Below are positions 1 through 10,866 of a stretch of 64,000 bases of DNA, one piece after another; positions within the stretch are counted from its first letter, which is position 1; each line of letters starts with the position of its first letter. The position numbers and the translations under genes were made by a program. Source of the DNA: Thermoanaerobaculia bacterium. GTDB taxonomy: Bacteria > Acidobacteriota > Thermoanaerobaculia > Multivoradales > SZUA-115. Location of the stretch: NCBI GenBank assembly GCA_046331405.1, contig JAXLQX010000004.1, forward strand, positions 216,207 to 280,206, in the 5' to 3' direction. Under the pieces are notes generated by a model, which saw only the letters and a list, made by a program, of their open reading frames with translations, was not told the DNA's origin and did no database searches.

Positions 1-235
1 TAATTCCAGCGCCCTACGGCTTCCATCTGTTCAAGGTGGAAGCTCGCCTTGCCGGCCGAGCAGCTGAGCCTCGAGGACGCCTCGGCCGAGATCCGCCGAC
101 GCCTTGGCCGACCAGGCATCTGACCAGCGCCTCGAGAGCCTCCTCGGCGAGGCCCGCAGCCGCTACAATCTGGAGCTCTATGCGCAGAACCTGCCGTTCG
201 ACTACCGTCGCTATCTCCGCAATCCGCCGGCCTGA
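1..235 (+). pseudogene. 3' end of a parvulin-type peptidyl-prolyl isomerase gene; reading frame changes twice (frame 3 -> 1 -> 2) within 235 bp
   Basis: Translations across three frames concatenate to ...PAPYGFHLFKVEARL | LPAEQLSLEDASAEIRRRLG | DQASDQRLESLLGEARSRYNLELYAQNLPFDYRRYLRNPPA*, a typical PPIase C-terminus (GFHLFKVE parvulin motif). Single-base indels near nt ~50 and ~109 would restore one frame; TGA stop at 233-235. Confidence 0.3.
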
Positions 236-1325
236 GCGGCTGCGCTCCTGGCTGGCGGGGCTCGTCCTGGCCCTGTTGGCGGCGCCATGGGCGCGGGCCG
301 AGGTGCTCACTCGGGTGGTGGTGCGGGTCAACGATCGCATCACCACGCTCGAGCAATTCAATCGCCAGCTCGACGAGCGCAATGCGGCCATCGAGCACTC
401 CCAGCTTCAGCCCGATGAGCAGGAGCGGGCGCGCAAGCGGGCTCCCGGCGAGGTGCTGCGGTCGATCCTCGAGGAAATGCTGCTGCTGAGCCGTGCCGAC
501 CAGCTTCATGTGCGAGCGAGCGAGAGCGATCTCGAGGGCGTGATCTCGGATATCCAGAGCAACAACCAGTTCGCTTCCCGTGAAGAGCTGATGCGAGCCG
601 TGGCCCAGACCGGCGAGACCTGGGACGCCTTCAAGCGCCGCCTCGGCGACCAGCAGCGCATCCAGGAAGTGGTGGGTCGAGAGGTCAACGGCCAGCTGAA
701 GCTCGACGAGGACAATCTGCGGATCTACTACCGCGACCACGCCGAGCAGTTCCGGGTTCCCGAGGAGCGCAAGCTGGCCGAGATCGTGGTGCTCGATTCG
801 AGCCCCTTGACCGCAGCGGAACGCACCACGCTCGCGAACGATCTCTCGCGCCGTCTGAGCGCCGGGGAGAAGGCGGATGAGATCGTCAAGAACACCTCCG
901 AGAAAGGGCTCACCAGCGGCGTGATCGCCCTCGATTGGGTGCCCAAGGGGGACCTCGACCCCGGGCTCGAGGCGGCCATCGAGGGGCTCGGCCCCGGCAA
1001 GGCCAGCGCACCGGTCGCCGGTCGAGGCGGGCTGCACATCGTGCAAGTCCTGGAGAGCCGGGCGAGCCACCTGAAGACCTTCGACGAAGTGAAGGATCAG
1101 ATCTGGCGGCGGGAGCGCGAGCGCCTGTTCGAGAAGGAGTTCCCCAAGTATCTGCAGACCCTCGAACAGCGCTCTTACGTGGTGATCAACCCGCCTGCCG
1201 GAGCCGAGAACTTCCGCCGCGCGGCGGCCGAGCACGGCGCCGAGGATGATCCGCTTTCCGTCTTCAAGCGCAAGCAGCCAGCCGGCAAGCACTCCACCAA
1301 GGACGCGACTCCGCCCAAGGGCTAG
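180..1325 (+). CDS. SurA-like periplasmic chaperone / peptidyl-prolyl cis-trans isomerase (SurA N-terminal domain plus degenerate parvulin domain)
   Basis: ATG at 180 gives n-region plus hydrophobic LAGLVLALLAAPWARA signal peptide (AxA cleavage), then VLTRVVVRVNDRITTLEQFNRQLDE (SurA_N-like) and GGLHIVQVLE parvulin-like motif near the C-terminus. Start overlaps the upstream gene's 3' end. Confidence 0.65.
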   Translation: MRRTCRSTTVAISAIRRPERLRSWLAGLVLALLAAPWARAEVLTRVVVRVNDRITTLEQFNRQLDERNAAIEHSQLQPDEQERARKRAPGEVLRSILEEMLLLSRADQLHVRASESDLEGVISDIQSNNQFASREELMRAVAQTGETWDAFKRRLGDQQRIQEVVGREVNGQLKLDEDNLRIYYRDHAEQFRVPEERKLAEIVVLDSSPLTAAERTTLANDLSRRLSAGEKADEIVKNTSEKGLTSGVIALDWVPKGDLDPGLEAAIEGLGPGKASAPVAGRGGLHIVQVLESRASHLKTFDEVKDQIWRRERERLFEKEFPKYLQTLEQRSYVVINPPAGAENFRRAAAEHGAEDDPLSVFKRKQPAGKHSTKDATPPKG

Positions 1326-1376
1326 CCGGTCTTCGAGCTCGAGGGTCGGCTGCGGCAAGCTCAAGAGAGGAACGCT

Positions 1377-1676
1377 GTGGCCGAGCTAGGGCTTTACCTC
1401 TGCACCACCCTGGGCCTGGCTGCCCTGCTCTGGCACAGCGCCGCCGGTGGTCCGGAAACCGGCATGCGCCTGGCTTATTGGAGCGAAGGGCTGCTGCTCG
1501 GCGCCTTCCTGGCCTTCTTCGCCGTGCGCTGTGCGGTCTCCTGGCCTAGCTGGCCGGAGCCGATTCGCTGGCTCGCCGCACTCACGCTCACCAACCTGGT
1601 CGTTTCGATCCTCGTTCTCTGCGTCAACTGGCTGCGCGCCGGCGCACGCCCAGCGCAACGCCCCGGGCTCGACTAA
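1377..1676 (+). CDS. small hypothetical membrane protein (about 3 TM helices)
   Basis: GTG start preceded by AGAGAGG; hydrophobic segments LCTTLGLAALLW, LLLGAFLAFFAV, LVVSILVLCVNWL; no recognisable domain. Confidence 0.4.
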   Translation: MAELGLYLCTTLGLAALLWHSAAGGPETGMRLAYWSEGLLLGAFLAFFAVRCAVSWPSWPEPIRWLAALTLTNLVVSILVLCVNWLRAGARPAQRPGLD

Positions 1677-1829
1677 GCCCGGCCTCTCTCGCCCGGAAAA
1701 ACCCTTTCCTCTCACCGAGCTCTAGGCCGCCGCTCCCGGCATCGGGGGCAGTGTTATGCCCTGTTTTCGACGCGATTTTGCTTCGCGGCAGAGCTTTCCC
1801 GGCGAGTTGGTGGCGGGTTGAGGAATAAA

Positions 1830-1855
1830 GTGGAGGAAAATGGACACAAGTGGAC
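1830..1855 (+). promoter_or_regulatory. candidate MraZ operator: three direct (G)TGGA repeats at exact 10-bp periodicity upstream of mraZ, with possible dcw promoter elements (TTGCTA / TAAGAT) just downstream
   Basis: gTGGAggaaaaTGGAcacaagTGGAccaaa at 1830-1859, ~50-75 bp upstream of the mraZ start. Architecture (3 direct repeats, one helical turn apart, overlapping the promoter) matches known MraZ boxes. Confidence 0.45.
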
Positions 1856-1904
1856 CAAATTGCTAAGATGTGATGCAAACGCCTGAGGTCAGTGGGCGAG
1901 GCCA

Positions 1905-2354
1905 ATGTTCCGGGGTAGTGCACCTGCCACCATCGACGACAAGGGTCGTCTGAAGATCCCGGCCGATTTCCGTCGGGTGCTCGAGGAGCGCTTCGGCAAC
2001 GAGCTGCCGGAGTTCTTCGTCACCTCGATCCTGGGAGATCGGGCGCTGCTCTATCCCTTGCCGGTGTGGGAGCAAGTGGAAGAGCGGCTGGCCAAGATGC
2101 CGGCCACCGATCCCACTCGCAGCCGGTTCCTCGAGCGGGTGAACTACTACGGCCAGCAAGGCCGGCCGGACAGCCAGGGGCGGCTGCTCCTGCCCCAGAT
2201 CCTGCGCGACAAGGCGGGGATGAATGGTGAAGTGGTGGTCAACGCCCAGCTCGACCACCTGGTGGTGTGGAACCGCGAGCGGATCGGCCTGCGTCTCGAG
2301 GGCGATCCCTTCACCGAGGACGATTTCCGGGCTCTTGCCGAGCACGGGATCTAG
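1905..2354 (+). CDS. mraZ: transcriptional regulator MraZ
   Basis: 149 aa; duplicated MraZ/SpoVT-AbrB domains (DDKGRLKIPADFRRVL ... DSQGRLLLPQILR); first gene of dcw cluster. Confidence 0.95.
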   Translation: MFRGSAPATIDDKGRLKIPADFRRVLEERFGNELPEFFVTSILGDRALLYPLPVWEQVEERLAKMPATDPTRSRFLERVNYYGQQGRPDSQGRLLLPQILRDKAGMNGEVVVNAQLDHLVVWNRERIGLRLEGDPFTEDDFRALAEHGI

Positions 2355-2360
2355 CTGCCG

Positions 2361-3308
2361 GTGGACCCAGATGCCAGCGCTTTCCACCAACCCGTCCTGC
2401 TCGCCGAAGTCGTCGAGCTGCTCGCTCCCGAGCGGGGCGGGCTCTTCGTGGATGCCACCCTCGGGCTGGGCGGCCACGCCGAGGCCCTGCTCGAGGCCGG
2501 TCGCGAACTGCGGCTCCTCGGCATCGACCAGGACCCGCAGGCCCTCGAGCTCGCTGCTCGGCGCCTCGCCCGCTTCGGCGAGCGCGTGCGCCTGGTGGCA
2601 GGCAACTTCCGCCACCTCGGCGAGCTGGTGGCGGGCGCCCGGTGGGGGGCTCCGGCCGGCATCCTGGCGGATCTCGGCGTCTCCTCGCTGCAGCTCGAGC
2701 GGGGCGAGCGCGGCTTCTCGTTTCGTCGTGACGGACCCCTCGACATGCGCATGGGCGCGGTCGGCAAGACGGCAGCGGACGTGGTGAACACCTACTCGGA
2801 GGCGGCGTTGGCTGAGATCTTCCAGGAGTTCGGCGAGGAGCGAGAGTCGAAGCGGGTGGCCCGGGCGCTGGTTGCGCGCCGCAAGGTGGCCCCTTTCGCC
2901 ACCTCCGCCGAGCTGGCGGAGACGGTGCGGCGGGCCAAGCGCTTCGACCACCCCGGCCCCGGGCGCGAAGGGCGGATCGACGCCGCCACCCGCGTGTTCC
3001 AGGCCCTGCGGATCGAGGTGAACCAGGAGCTCGCGGCCCTGCCCGAGATGCTCGACGAGGCGGTGCGCCTGCTCTCGGCCGAGGGCCGGCTGGTGGTGAT
3101 CTCCTACCACAGCCTCGAAGACCGCATCGTCAAGCACACCCTGCGGGACCTCGCCCGCGGCGAGGTGGACGAAGTCACCGGTCGCCCCCGCGCCGAGACC
3201 CAGCTGATCGAGGTGCTCACCCGCAATCCGGTCCGCCCCTCGGAAGAGGAGATGCTGGCCAACCCCCGTTCTCGATCCGCGCGGCTGCGTGCCGCGCGGC
3301 GACTGTAG
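2361..3308 (+). CDS. rsmH: 16S rRNA (cytosine1402-N4)-methyltransferase RsmH (MraW)
   Basis: HQPVLLAEVVELL...FVDATLGLGGHAEALL SAM-MTase motif; position after mraZ. Confidence 0.95.
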   Translation: MDPDASAFHQPVLLAEVVELLAPERGGLFVDATLGLGGHAEALLEAGRELRLLGIDQDPQALELAARRLARFGERVRLVAGNFRHLGELVAGARWGAPAGILADLGVSSLQLERGERGFSFRRDGPLDMRMGAVGKTAADVVNTYSEAALAEIFQEFGEERESKRVARALVARRKVAPFATSAELAETVRRAKRFDHPGPGREGRIDAATRVFQALRIEVNQELAALPEMLDEAVRLLSAEGRLVVISYHSLEDRIVKHTLRDLARGEVDEVTGRPRAETQLIEVLTRNPVRPSEEEMLANPRSRSARLRAARRL

Positions 3309-3315
3309 AGGGCGC

Positions 3316-3666
3316 GTGCGCACCCCTTACGCTCTGACCCCGCCGCGAGCTGGCGCCAACGCCTTCTTGCGGCGCGAGCGGGACCGCAAGCGGCGGCTGG
3401 AGCTGCTGCTGGTGGTGCTCGCCGTGCTGCCGCTGCTGGTGGGGCTGCTGGCCTACACCTCCATCCAGGTGCAGACCCTCGCCGCCGGCTACCGCATCTC
3501 CGAGCTCGAGCGCCAGGCCAAGGAGCTCGCCCGCCGCCGCCAGCAGCTGGAGCTCGAGGCCGCCGAGCGCAGCCGGCCGGCTGCCCTCGAGAAGTTCGCC
3601 AGCGAGCAGCTGGCCATGGTGCCGCAGGATCCCGCCCGAACGCTCTACTCCGAGGAGCTGCCGTGA
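3316..3666 (+). CDS. ftsL: cell division protein FtsL (single TM plus coiled coil)
   Basis: Small ORF between rsmH and ftsI; TM LELLLVVLAVLPLLVGLLAY followed by coiled-coil ELERQAKELARRRQQLELE. GTG at 3316 chosen as first start after the rsmH stop; ORF-track start 3289 is also possible. Confidence 0.6.
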   Translation: MRTPYALTPPRAGANAFLRRERDRKRRLELLLVVLAVLPLLVGLLAYTSIQVQTLAAGYRISELERQAKELARRRQQLELEAAERSRPAALEKFASEQLAMVPQDPARTLYSEELP

Positions 3667-5507
3667 GAGGGCGGGTAATCTTCCTCTTCGTGGGCCTCCT
3701 GGGCTGGATCCTGGCGGTGGCTCTGCGGCTCGCCTATCTCCAGGTGGAGCGACACGACCACTACACCGAGCTCGCCGAGCGCCAGCAGCAGCGAGTGGTG
3801 GAGCTCGCGCCGCCGCGCGGAGCGATTCTCGACGCCCGAGGCCGCCAGCTTGCGGTCTCGGGCCCGGCGGACTCGATCTACGCCGTGCCCCGCGACGTCA
3901 AGGACAAAGCCGCTGCCATTCGCCAGTTGGCGCCCCTTCTCGGCGTTCCCTCCCCCGAGCTGCTGAGCCGCCTTTCGGGGGATCGGTGGTTCGTCTGGCT
4001 GCGCCGGCAGATCCCCCACGAGACGGCCGAGGCCGTGAAGAAGCTCAATCTGGCCGGGATCGGCGTTCGCGAGGAGAGCCGGCGGTTCTACCCGCAGGGC
4101 GAGCTCGCCGCCCAGGTGGTGGGCTTCGTGGGCACCGACTTCCACGGCCTGGCCGGCCTCGAGCGGGGCTTCGACACCGAAGTCGCCGGCAAGACCGGCC
4201 GGCGGGTGGTGCTGCGCGACGCCGGCGGCCGCTACGCCTTCGATGCCGACCTCGACTGGACCGACGCCGAGCCCGGCCAGGAGCTGCACCTCACCCTGGA
4301 CCTCGGCCTGCAGTACCTGGCCGAGCGGGAGCTGCGCCGCTCGGTGGAGGAGTTCGACGCCGCAGGGGGCAGCGCAGTCCTGCTCGACCCGGCGACGGGT
4401 GCCGTGCTGGCCATGGCATCTCTGCCCACCTTCGATCCCAACAATTTTAATGAATACGGAGACCTCAAGGAGCGGTGGACTAACCGCGTGATCGCGGACG
4501 CCTTCGAGCCCGGCTCCACCTTCAAGATGGTCACCGTCTCCGCGGCCCTCGAGGCCAACCTGGTCGACGCCAACGACGTCTTCGACTGCGGTATGGGCAA
4601 GTTCGTGATGGGTGGCGTCACCATCCGGGATCACAAGCCCTTCGGCATGCTGACGCTGCGTGACGTGATCGCCAAGTCCTCGAACGTCGGGGCGATCCGG
4701 GTGGGCCTCTTGGCCGGCGAGGATCGCCTCTGGAAGCAGATCGTGGGCCTAGGCTTCGGCCGCAAGACGGGCATCGAGCTGCCCGGGGAAAGCCCTGGCA
4801 TCCTGCGCCCCCGCGAGCACTGGCAGCCGATCACCAAGGCCTACGTTTCCTTCGGCCAGGGCGTGGCCGTCACCGCCTTGCAGCTCGCCGCCGCCTTCGG
4901 CGCGGTGGCCAACGGCGGCCAGCTGCTCAAGCCCTATCTGGTCGAGTCGATCGGCCAGCCGGGCGAGCTCAGCCGCCTCCACCCGCAGCCCGAGCTGGTG
5001 GGCCGGGCGATGTCCCCCTCGACCGCGCGGGAGATGGAGCGGCTGCTCGAGGCGGTGCTCGCCGAGGGTGGCACGGCGTCCACCTCGGCCCTGCCCGGCT
5101 ATTACCTGGCCGGCAAGACCGGCACCGCCCAGATGGCCGATGGCAAGGGTTACTCGGCCACCGACCACATGGCCGTCTTCGCCGGCTTCGCCCCGGGCCG
5201 GAACCCGCGTCTGGTGGGGGCGGTGGTGGTGGACCGGCCCCGCAAGGACTACCACGGTGGCCAGGTGGCCGCGCCGGTCTTCGCCCGCATCGTGAGCCAG
5301 GCCCTGCTGCACGAGGGCATCCGCCCCGAGCGCGACCGGCCGGAGAGCTGGCCGGGCGAGGGCCCGAAGAAGGACGACGGCCTGCGCCTGGCGAAGACCC
5401 AGCCTACTCCGGCCCTCGCCGGGCGGGAGCCGGTGACCACGGCGGTGGGCGAGGCGCGCAAGCTCGCCCAGGCGCGGGCGCCGCGCGAGCGGGGGGCGCC
5501 GCGATGA
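3663..5507 (+). CDS. ftsI: peptidoglycan D,D-transpeptidase FtsI (PBP3)
   Basis: N-terminal TM, PBP dimerisation domain, active-site motifs STFK (GSTFKMVT), SSN (KSSNVGA), KTG (AGKTGTA). GTG start overlaps the ftsL stop. Confidence 0.93.
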   Translation: MRGRVIFLFVGLLGWILAVALRLAYLQVERHDHYTELAERQQQRVVELAPPRGAILDARGRQLAVSGPADSIYAVPRDVKDKAAAIRQLAPLLGVPSPELLSRLSGDRWFVWLRRQIPHETAEAVKKLNLAGIGVREESRRFYPQGELAAQVVGFVGTDFHGLAGLERGFDTEVAGKTGRRVVLRDAGGRYAFDADLDWTDAEPGQELHLTLDLGLQYLAERELRRSVEEFDAAGGSAVLLDPATGAVLAMASLPTFDPNNFNEYGDLKERWTNRVIADAFEPGSTFKMVTVSAALEANLVDANDVFDCGMGKFVMGGVTIRDHKPFGMLTLRDVIAKSSNVGAIRVGLLAGEDRLWKQIVGLGFGRKTGIELPGESPGILRPREHWQPITKAYVSFGQGVAVTALQLAAAFGAVANGGQLLKPYLVESIGQPGELSRLHPQPELVGRAMSPSTAREMERLLEAVLAEGGTASTSALPGYYLAGKTGTAQMADGKGYSATDHMAVFAGFAPGRNPRLVGAVVVDRPRKDYHGGQVAAPVFARIVSQALLHEGIRPERDRPESWPGEGPKKDDGLRLAKTQPTPALAGREPVTTAVGEARKLAQARAPRERGAPR

Positions 5508-6982
5508 CCCTCCACGAGCTTCTCCGCGGCCTGCCGGCATCGCTACCTCCCGGCGCCACGGACCCCGAGGTCCGGGGCGTTCGCCACGATTCCCGGCGCG
5601 TCGAGCCGGGGGATCTCTACGTCGCCCTGGTGGGCCAGAAGTTCGACGGCCGGAGCTTCCTGCCGGAGGCCGCGGCGCGTGGCGCGGTGGCGGCCCTCGG
5701 CGCCGGGCCGGCCCCGGCGGGCGCTCCGCTGCCCTGGGTGGAGGCAGCCGAGCCGCGGGCTCTGCTCGCCCCGCTCGCGGCTCGCGTCTACGGCCATCCG
5801 GACCGCGAACTCAAGCTGGTGGGGGTCACCGGCACCAACGGCAAGTCCACCGTGGCCACCCTGGTGACGGCGATGTTCGAGCGTGCGGGTCGGCCGGCCG
5901 GTTTCATCGGCACCCTCGGCTACCGGTTCGGCGGGCGGGATTTCGGCGGCGAGCGCACCACCCCGGAGGCCTCGGACTTCTACGCCCTGCTTCGGACGAT
6001 GCGTACGGCTGGAGCCGAGGCGGTGGCGATGGAGGTCTCTTCCCATGCCCTGGCCCAGGGGCGGGTGGCCGGGGCCCAATTCCAGGTGGCGGTGTTCACC
6101 AACTTGACCCGCGACCACTTCGACTATCACCCGGACTTCGAGCACTACTACTGCACCAAGCGCCAGCTCTTCTCGATGCTGGCCCCGGGCGGCAAGGCGG
6201 TGCTCAACCGGGACGACGCCTACGGCCGGAGGCTCATCGAGGAGCTTCGGGGCGAGGTGCCGATTTTGACCTTCGGCGAAGGTGGCGATGTCCACCTCGC
6301 CCGGGTGGAGCTGGCTCGTAGCGGCTCGCGCGGGGAGATCTCGACCCCGCGCGGCCGCCTTTCTTTCTCCACCCCCCTGCTCGGCCGCTACAACCTGGCC
6401 AATGCCCTCGCGGCAGTGGCCGCGGCCGAGGCCCTCGAGCTGCCTCACGCGGCGATCGCCGAGACTCTGGCCGCCCAGCAGCCGCTGCCCGGCCGGCTCG
6501 AGCCGGTCGACCGCGGCCAGAGCTTCTCGGTGTTGATCGACTACGCCCACACGGACGCCGCCCTGGCCGCCGCGCTCTCCTCGCTCAAGGAGCTCTCGGG
6601 CAAGAAGGTGATCCTGGTCTTCGGCTGTGGCGGCGACCGGGACCCCGGCAAGCGACCCCTGATGGGCCGCGTGGCGGGCGAGCTCGCGGACCTGCCGATC
6701 GCCACTTCGGACAATCCGCGCAGCGAAGACCCGCTCGCCATCCTCGAAGCGGTGGAAGAGGGTCTCAAGGCCAGCGGCAACCGGGCCTACCGCATCGTGC
6801 CGGATCGCCGCGAGGCGATCCGCCTGGCCATCGAGCTCGCCGACGCGGACTGCGCCGTGCTCGTGGCCGGCAAGGGCCACGAGCAGGTGCAGATCTTCCG
6901 CGACGGGCGGGTACCGTTCTCCGACTACCAGGAAATCCTCGCCGCTCTGGAGGCGCGTCTTGGTCACGCGGCGCATCGTTGA
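5504..6982 (+). CDS. murE: UDP-N-acetylmuramoyl-L-alanyl-D-glutamate--2,6-diaminopimelate ligase MurE
   Basis: P-loop VGVTGTNGKST; Mur ligase middle and C-terminal domains; DNPR motif (SDNPRSEDP) typical of meso-DAP-adding MurE; ATGA overlap with ftsI. Confidence 0.95.
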   Translation: MTLHELLRGLPASLPPGATDPEVRGVRHDSRRVEPGDLYVALVGQKFDGRSFLPEAAARGAVAALGAGPAPAGAPLPWVEAAEPRALLAPLAARVYGHPDRELKLVGVTGTNGKSTVATLVTAMFERAGRPAGFIGTLGYRFGGRDFGGERTTPEASDFYALLRTMRTAGAEAVAMEVSSHALAQGRVAGAQFQVAVFTNLTRDHFDYHPDFEHYYCTKRQLFSMLAPGGKAVLNRDDAYGRRLIEELRGEVPILTFGEGGDVHLARVELARSGSRGEISTPRGRLSFSTPLLGRYNLANALAAVAAAEALELPHAAIAETLAAQQPLPGRLEPVDRGQSFSVLIDYAHTDAALAAALSSLKELSGKKVILVFGCGGDRDPGKRPLMGRVAGELADLPIATSDNPRSEDPLAILEAVEEGLKASGNRAYRIVPDRREAIRLAIELADADCAVLVAGKGHEQVQIFRDGRVPFSDYQEILAALEARLGHAAHR

Positions 6983-6995
6983 GGCGGCCGAGGCG

Positions 6996-8368
<1,373 letters not shown>

Positions 8369-8369
<1 letters not shown>

Positions 8370-9454
8370 TGCTCTACTGGCTGCTCTATCCGCTGGCGGA
8401 CCACTTCTCGGTCTTCAACGTCTTCCGCTACATCACCTTCCGGGCGGCGGGAGCCACGGTGACGGCGCTTGCGCTGTCCCTGCTGCTGGGCCGGCCGTTC
8501 ATCGCCTGGCTGCGCCAGATGTCGATGGGACAGAGCATTCGCGACGTCGGCCCGGCCTCGCACCAGGTGAAGGCCGGCACGCCCACCATGGGCGGCCTCC
8601 TGATCCTCTTCGCCCTGACGGTGCCCACCCTGCTCTGGGCCAACCTCACCAACGTCTACGTCTGGCTGGTGTTCGGCACCACCCTGGCCTTCGGCGCCGT
8701 GGGCTTCTGGGACGACTTCGTCAAGGTGAGGAAGAAGCGCAACCTGGGCTTGACCGCCCGGGCCAAGATGCTGCTGCAGATCGTGGCCGCGCTGGCCTTC
8801 GCCTGCCTGCTCTACTCCCTGCGCCAGGAGCTCGGCTTCAGCGATACCCTGGCCTTCCCGTTCTTCAAGAAGGCGGTCTTCAACCTCGGCCTGCTCTACG
8901 TACCGCTGGTGGTCTCGGTCCTGGTGGGGGCCTCGAACGCCGTCAACCTGACCGACGGCCTCGACGGCCTGGCGATCGGTGCCACCCTGATCGCCGCCGG
9001 CACCTACGCGGTGTTCAGCTACGTGGCCGGCAACAGCGTGGCCGCGCGCTACCTGCAGGTGCCCTACGTGCCGGGAGCCGGCGAGCTCGCGGTGTTCTGC
9101 GGTGCGATGGTGGGGGCGAGCCTCGGCTTCCTGTGGTTCAACGCCCACCCCGCCGAGGTCTTCATGGGCGATGTCGGCTCGCTCGCCATCGGCGGGGCGA
9201 TCGGCAGCGTGGCGGTGGTGGCCAAGCAGGAGCTGGTGCTGGTGCTGGTGGGCGGGCTCTTCGTGCTCGAGGCCCTGTCGGTGATCGTGCAGGTGGTTTC
9301 GTTCAAGCTGCGGGGCAAGCGCGTGCTGCGCATGGCCCCGCTTCATCACCACTTCGAGCTGGGCGGCTGGGCCGAACCGAAGATCATCGTGCGGTTCTGG
9401 ATCCTGGCGATCCTCTTCGCCCTGCTCTCGCTCTCCACCTTGAAGCTGCGATGA
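8369..9454 (+). CDS. mraY: phospho-N-acetylmuramoyl-pentapeptide transferase MraY
   Basis: MLYWLLYPLADHFSVFNVFRYITFRAAGA...; 10-TM glycosyltransferase 4 family; ATG overlaps the murF TGA (ATGA). The 668-aa ORF in the track is an N-terminal over-extension in the same frame. Confidence 0.95.
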
Positions 9455-10866
9455 GCGCCGGCTATCCCACACCGAGCCCCTACCGGGACTGGACCGCCGC
9501 TGGCTGGCGGCGGGTGCTGGTGCTGGGCCTCGGCCTCTCTGGCCGGGCGGCGAGCCGCCTGCTCTTGACCCGCAGCGTGGAGGTTCTCGGCGCGGATCAG
9601 AAGAGCTCCGGCGAGCTCGACCTGGGAGAGCTCCAGGGCGTGCCCGGCTTCACCCTGCTCGCCGGCGGCATGCCGGCGGATCTCCCCGCCGGCCTGGATG
9701 GCGTGGTGGTGTCGCCCGGCGTGCCCCTGGCCTCGCCGCTGGTGGCCCAGGCCCGGGCTCGGGGCGTGCCGGTGATCGGCGAGATCGAGCTCGCTTTCCC
9801 CCTGCTCCAGGGCCCGGTGGTGGCGATCACCGGCTCGAACGGCAAGAGCACCACCACCGCACTCACCGGCGCCATGATCGCCGCCTCGGGCCGCCGGGTG
9901 GAGGTCTGCGGCAACATCGGCAAGCCGCTCGCGAGCCTGGTTCCGGGGCCGCCGGGCCGCACCTTCGTGGTGGAGCTCTCGAGCTTCCAGCTGGAGTCCA
10001 TCGCCCTGTTCCGGCCGGCGGCGGCGGCTCTGCTCAACCTGGCGCCGGACCACCTCGACCGCTACGCCGGCCTGGAGCAGTACGGCGCTGCCAAGCGGGC
10101 GATCTTCGCCAACCAGGGCGCCACGGACGTGGCCGTGCTCAACGCCGACGACGCCTGGGTGAAGCAGACCCAAACCCGTTCGCGGCGGCGCTTCTTCTCC
10201 CGCCAGGGGCCGGTCTCCGACGGCTGCTACCTCGACGGCGGCAAGGTGGTGGAGGTGTTCCCGGGCCGGCCGCCGCGGGAGCTCTTCACCGCGGAGCAGG
10301 TGCCGCTCGCCGGCCTGCACAACCTGGAAAACGCCATGGCCTCGGCCCTGCTGGCCCTCTCGGTGGGAGTGGCCCCGGCCGAGCTCGCCCGCGGGCTCGA
10401 GGGCTTCCGCGGCTTGCCCCATCGGCTGCAGCGGGTGGGCGAGGCGGCCGGCGTGGTGTGGTTCGACGACTCCAAGGGCACCAACCCGGCGGCCACGGTG
10501 AAGTCCCTCGAGGGCTTCCGGGACCATTCGGTGCACCTCATCCTGGGCGGGCGCAACAAAGGTGCGGACCCGCGCGAGCTCGCCAAGTCGGTGGCGGCGA
10601 AGACGGTGCGGGTGTACTACATCGGCGAGGCGGCCGGCGAGTTCGCCCGCGTGCTCGGGCCTTACGCGCCGGCCGAGATGAGCGGCACGCTGCCCCGGGC
10701 GGTGGACGCCGCGGCCCGCTACGCCCGCTCGGGCGAGGTGGTGGTGCTGTCGCCGGCCTGCGCCAGCTTCGACCAGTTCCAGAGCTACGTGGACCGCGGC
10801 GAGCAGTTCCAGCGCCTGGTGCGCGAGCGTCTGGGAGCCATCTGGCGGGAGGGCCGCCATGGCTAA
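9451..10866 (+). CDS. murD: UDP-N-acetylmuramoylalanine--D-glutamate ligase MurD
   Basis: Real start MSAGYPTPSPYRDW at 9451 (ATGA overlap with mraY); P-loop ITGSNGKSTTT; Mur ligase domains. Confidence 0.95.
   Translation: MSAGYPTPSPYRDWTAAGWRRVLVLGLGLSGRAASRLLLTRSVEVLGADQKSSGELDLGELQGVPGFTLLAGGMPADLPAGLDGVVVSPGVPLASPLVAQARARGVPVIGEIELAFPLLQGPVVAITGSNGKSTTTALTGAMIAASGRRVEVCGNIGKPLASLVPGPPGRTFVVELSSFQLESIALFRPAAAALLNLAPDHLDRYAGLEQYGAAKRAIFANQGATDVAVLNADDAWVKQTQTRSRRRFFSRQGPVSDGCYLDGGKVVEVFPGRPPRELFTAEQVPLAGLHNLENAMASALLALSVGVAPAELARGLEGFRGLPHRLQRVGEAAGVVWFDDSKGTNPAATVKSLEGFRDHSVHLILGGRNKGADPRELAKSVAAKTVRVYYIGEAAGEFARVLGPYAPAEMSGTLPRAVDAAARYARSGEVVVLSPACASFDQFQSYVDRGEQFQRLVRERLGAIWREGRHG

Noticed and set aside
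1863-3323. 486-aa minus-strand ORF antisense to mraZ/rsmH
   Set aside because: Arg/Gly/Ala/Pro-rich, low-complexity translation typical of antisense frames in high-GC DNA; the opposite strand encodes unmistakable MraZ and RsmH.
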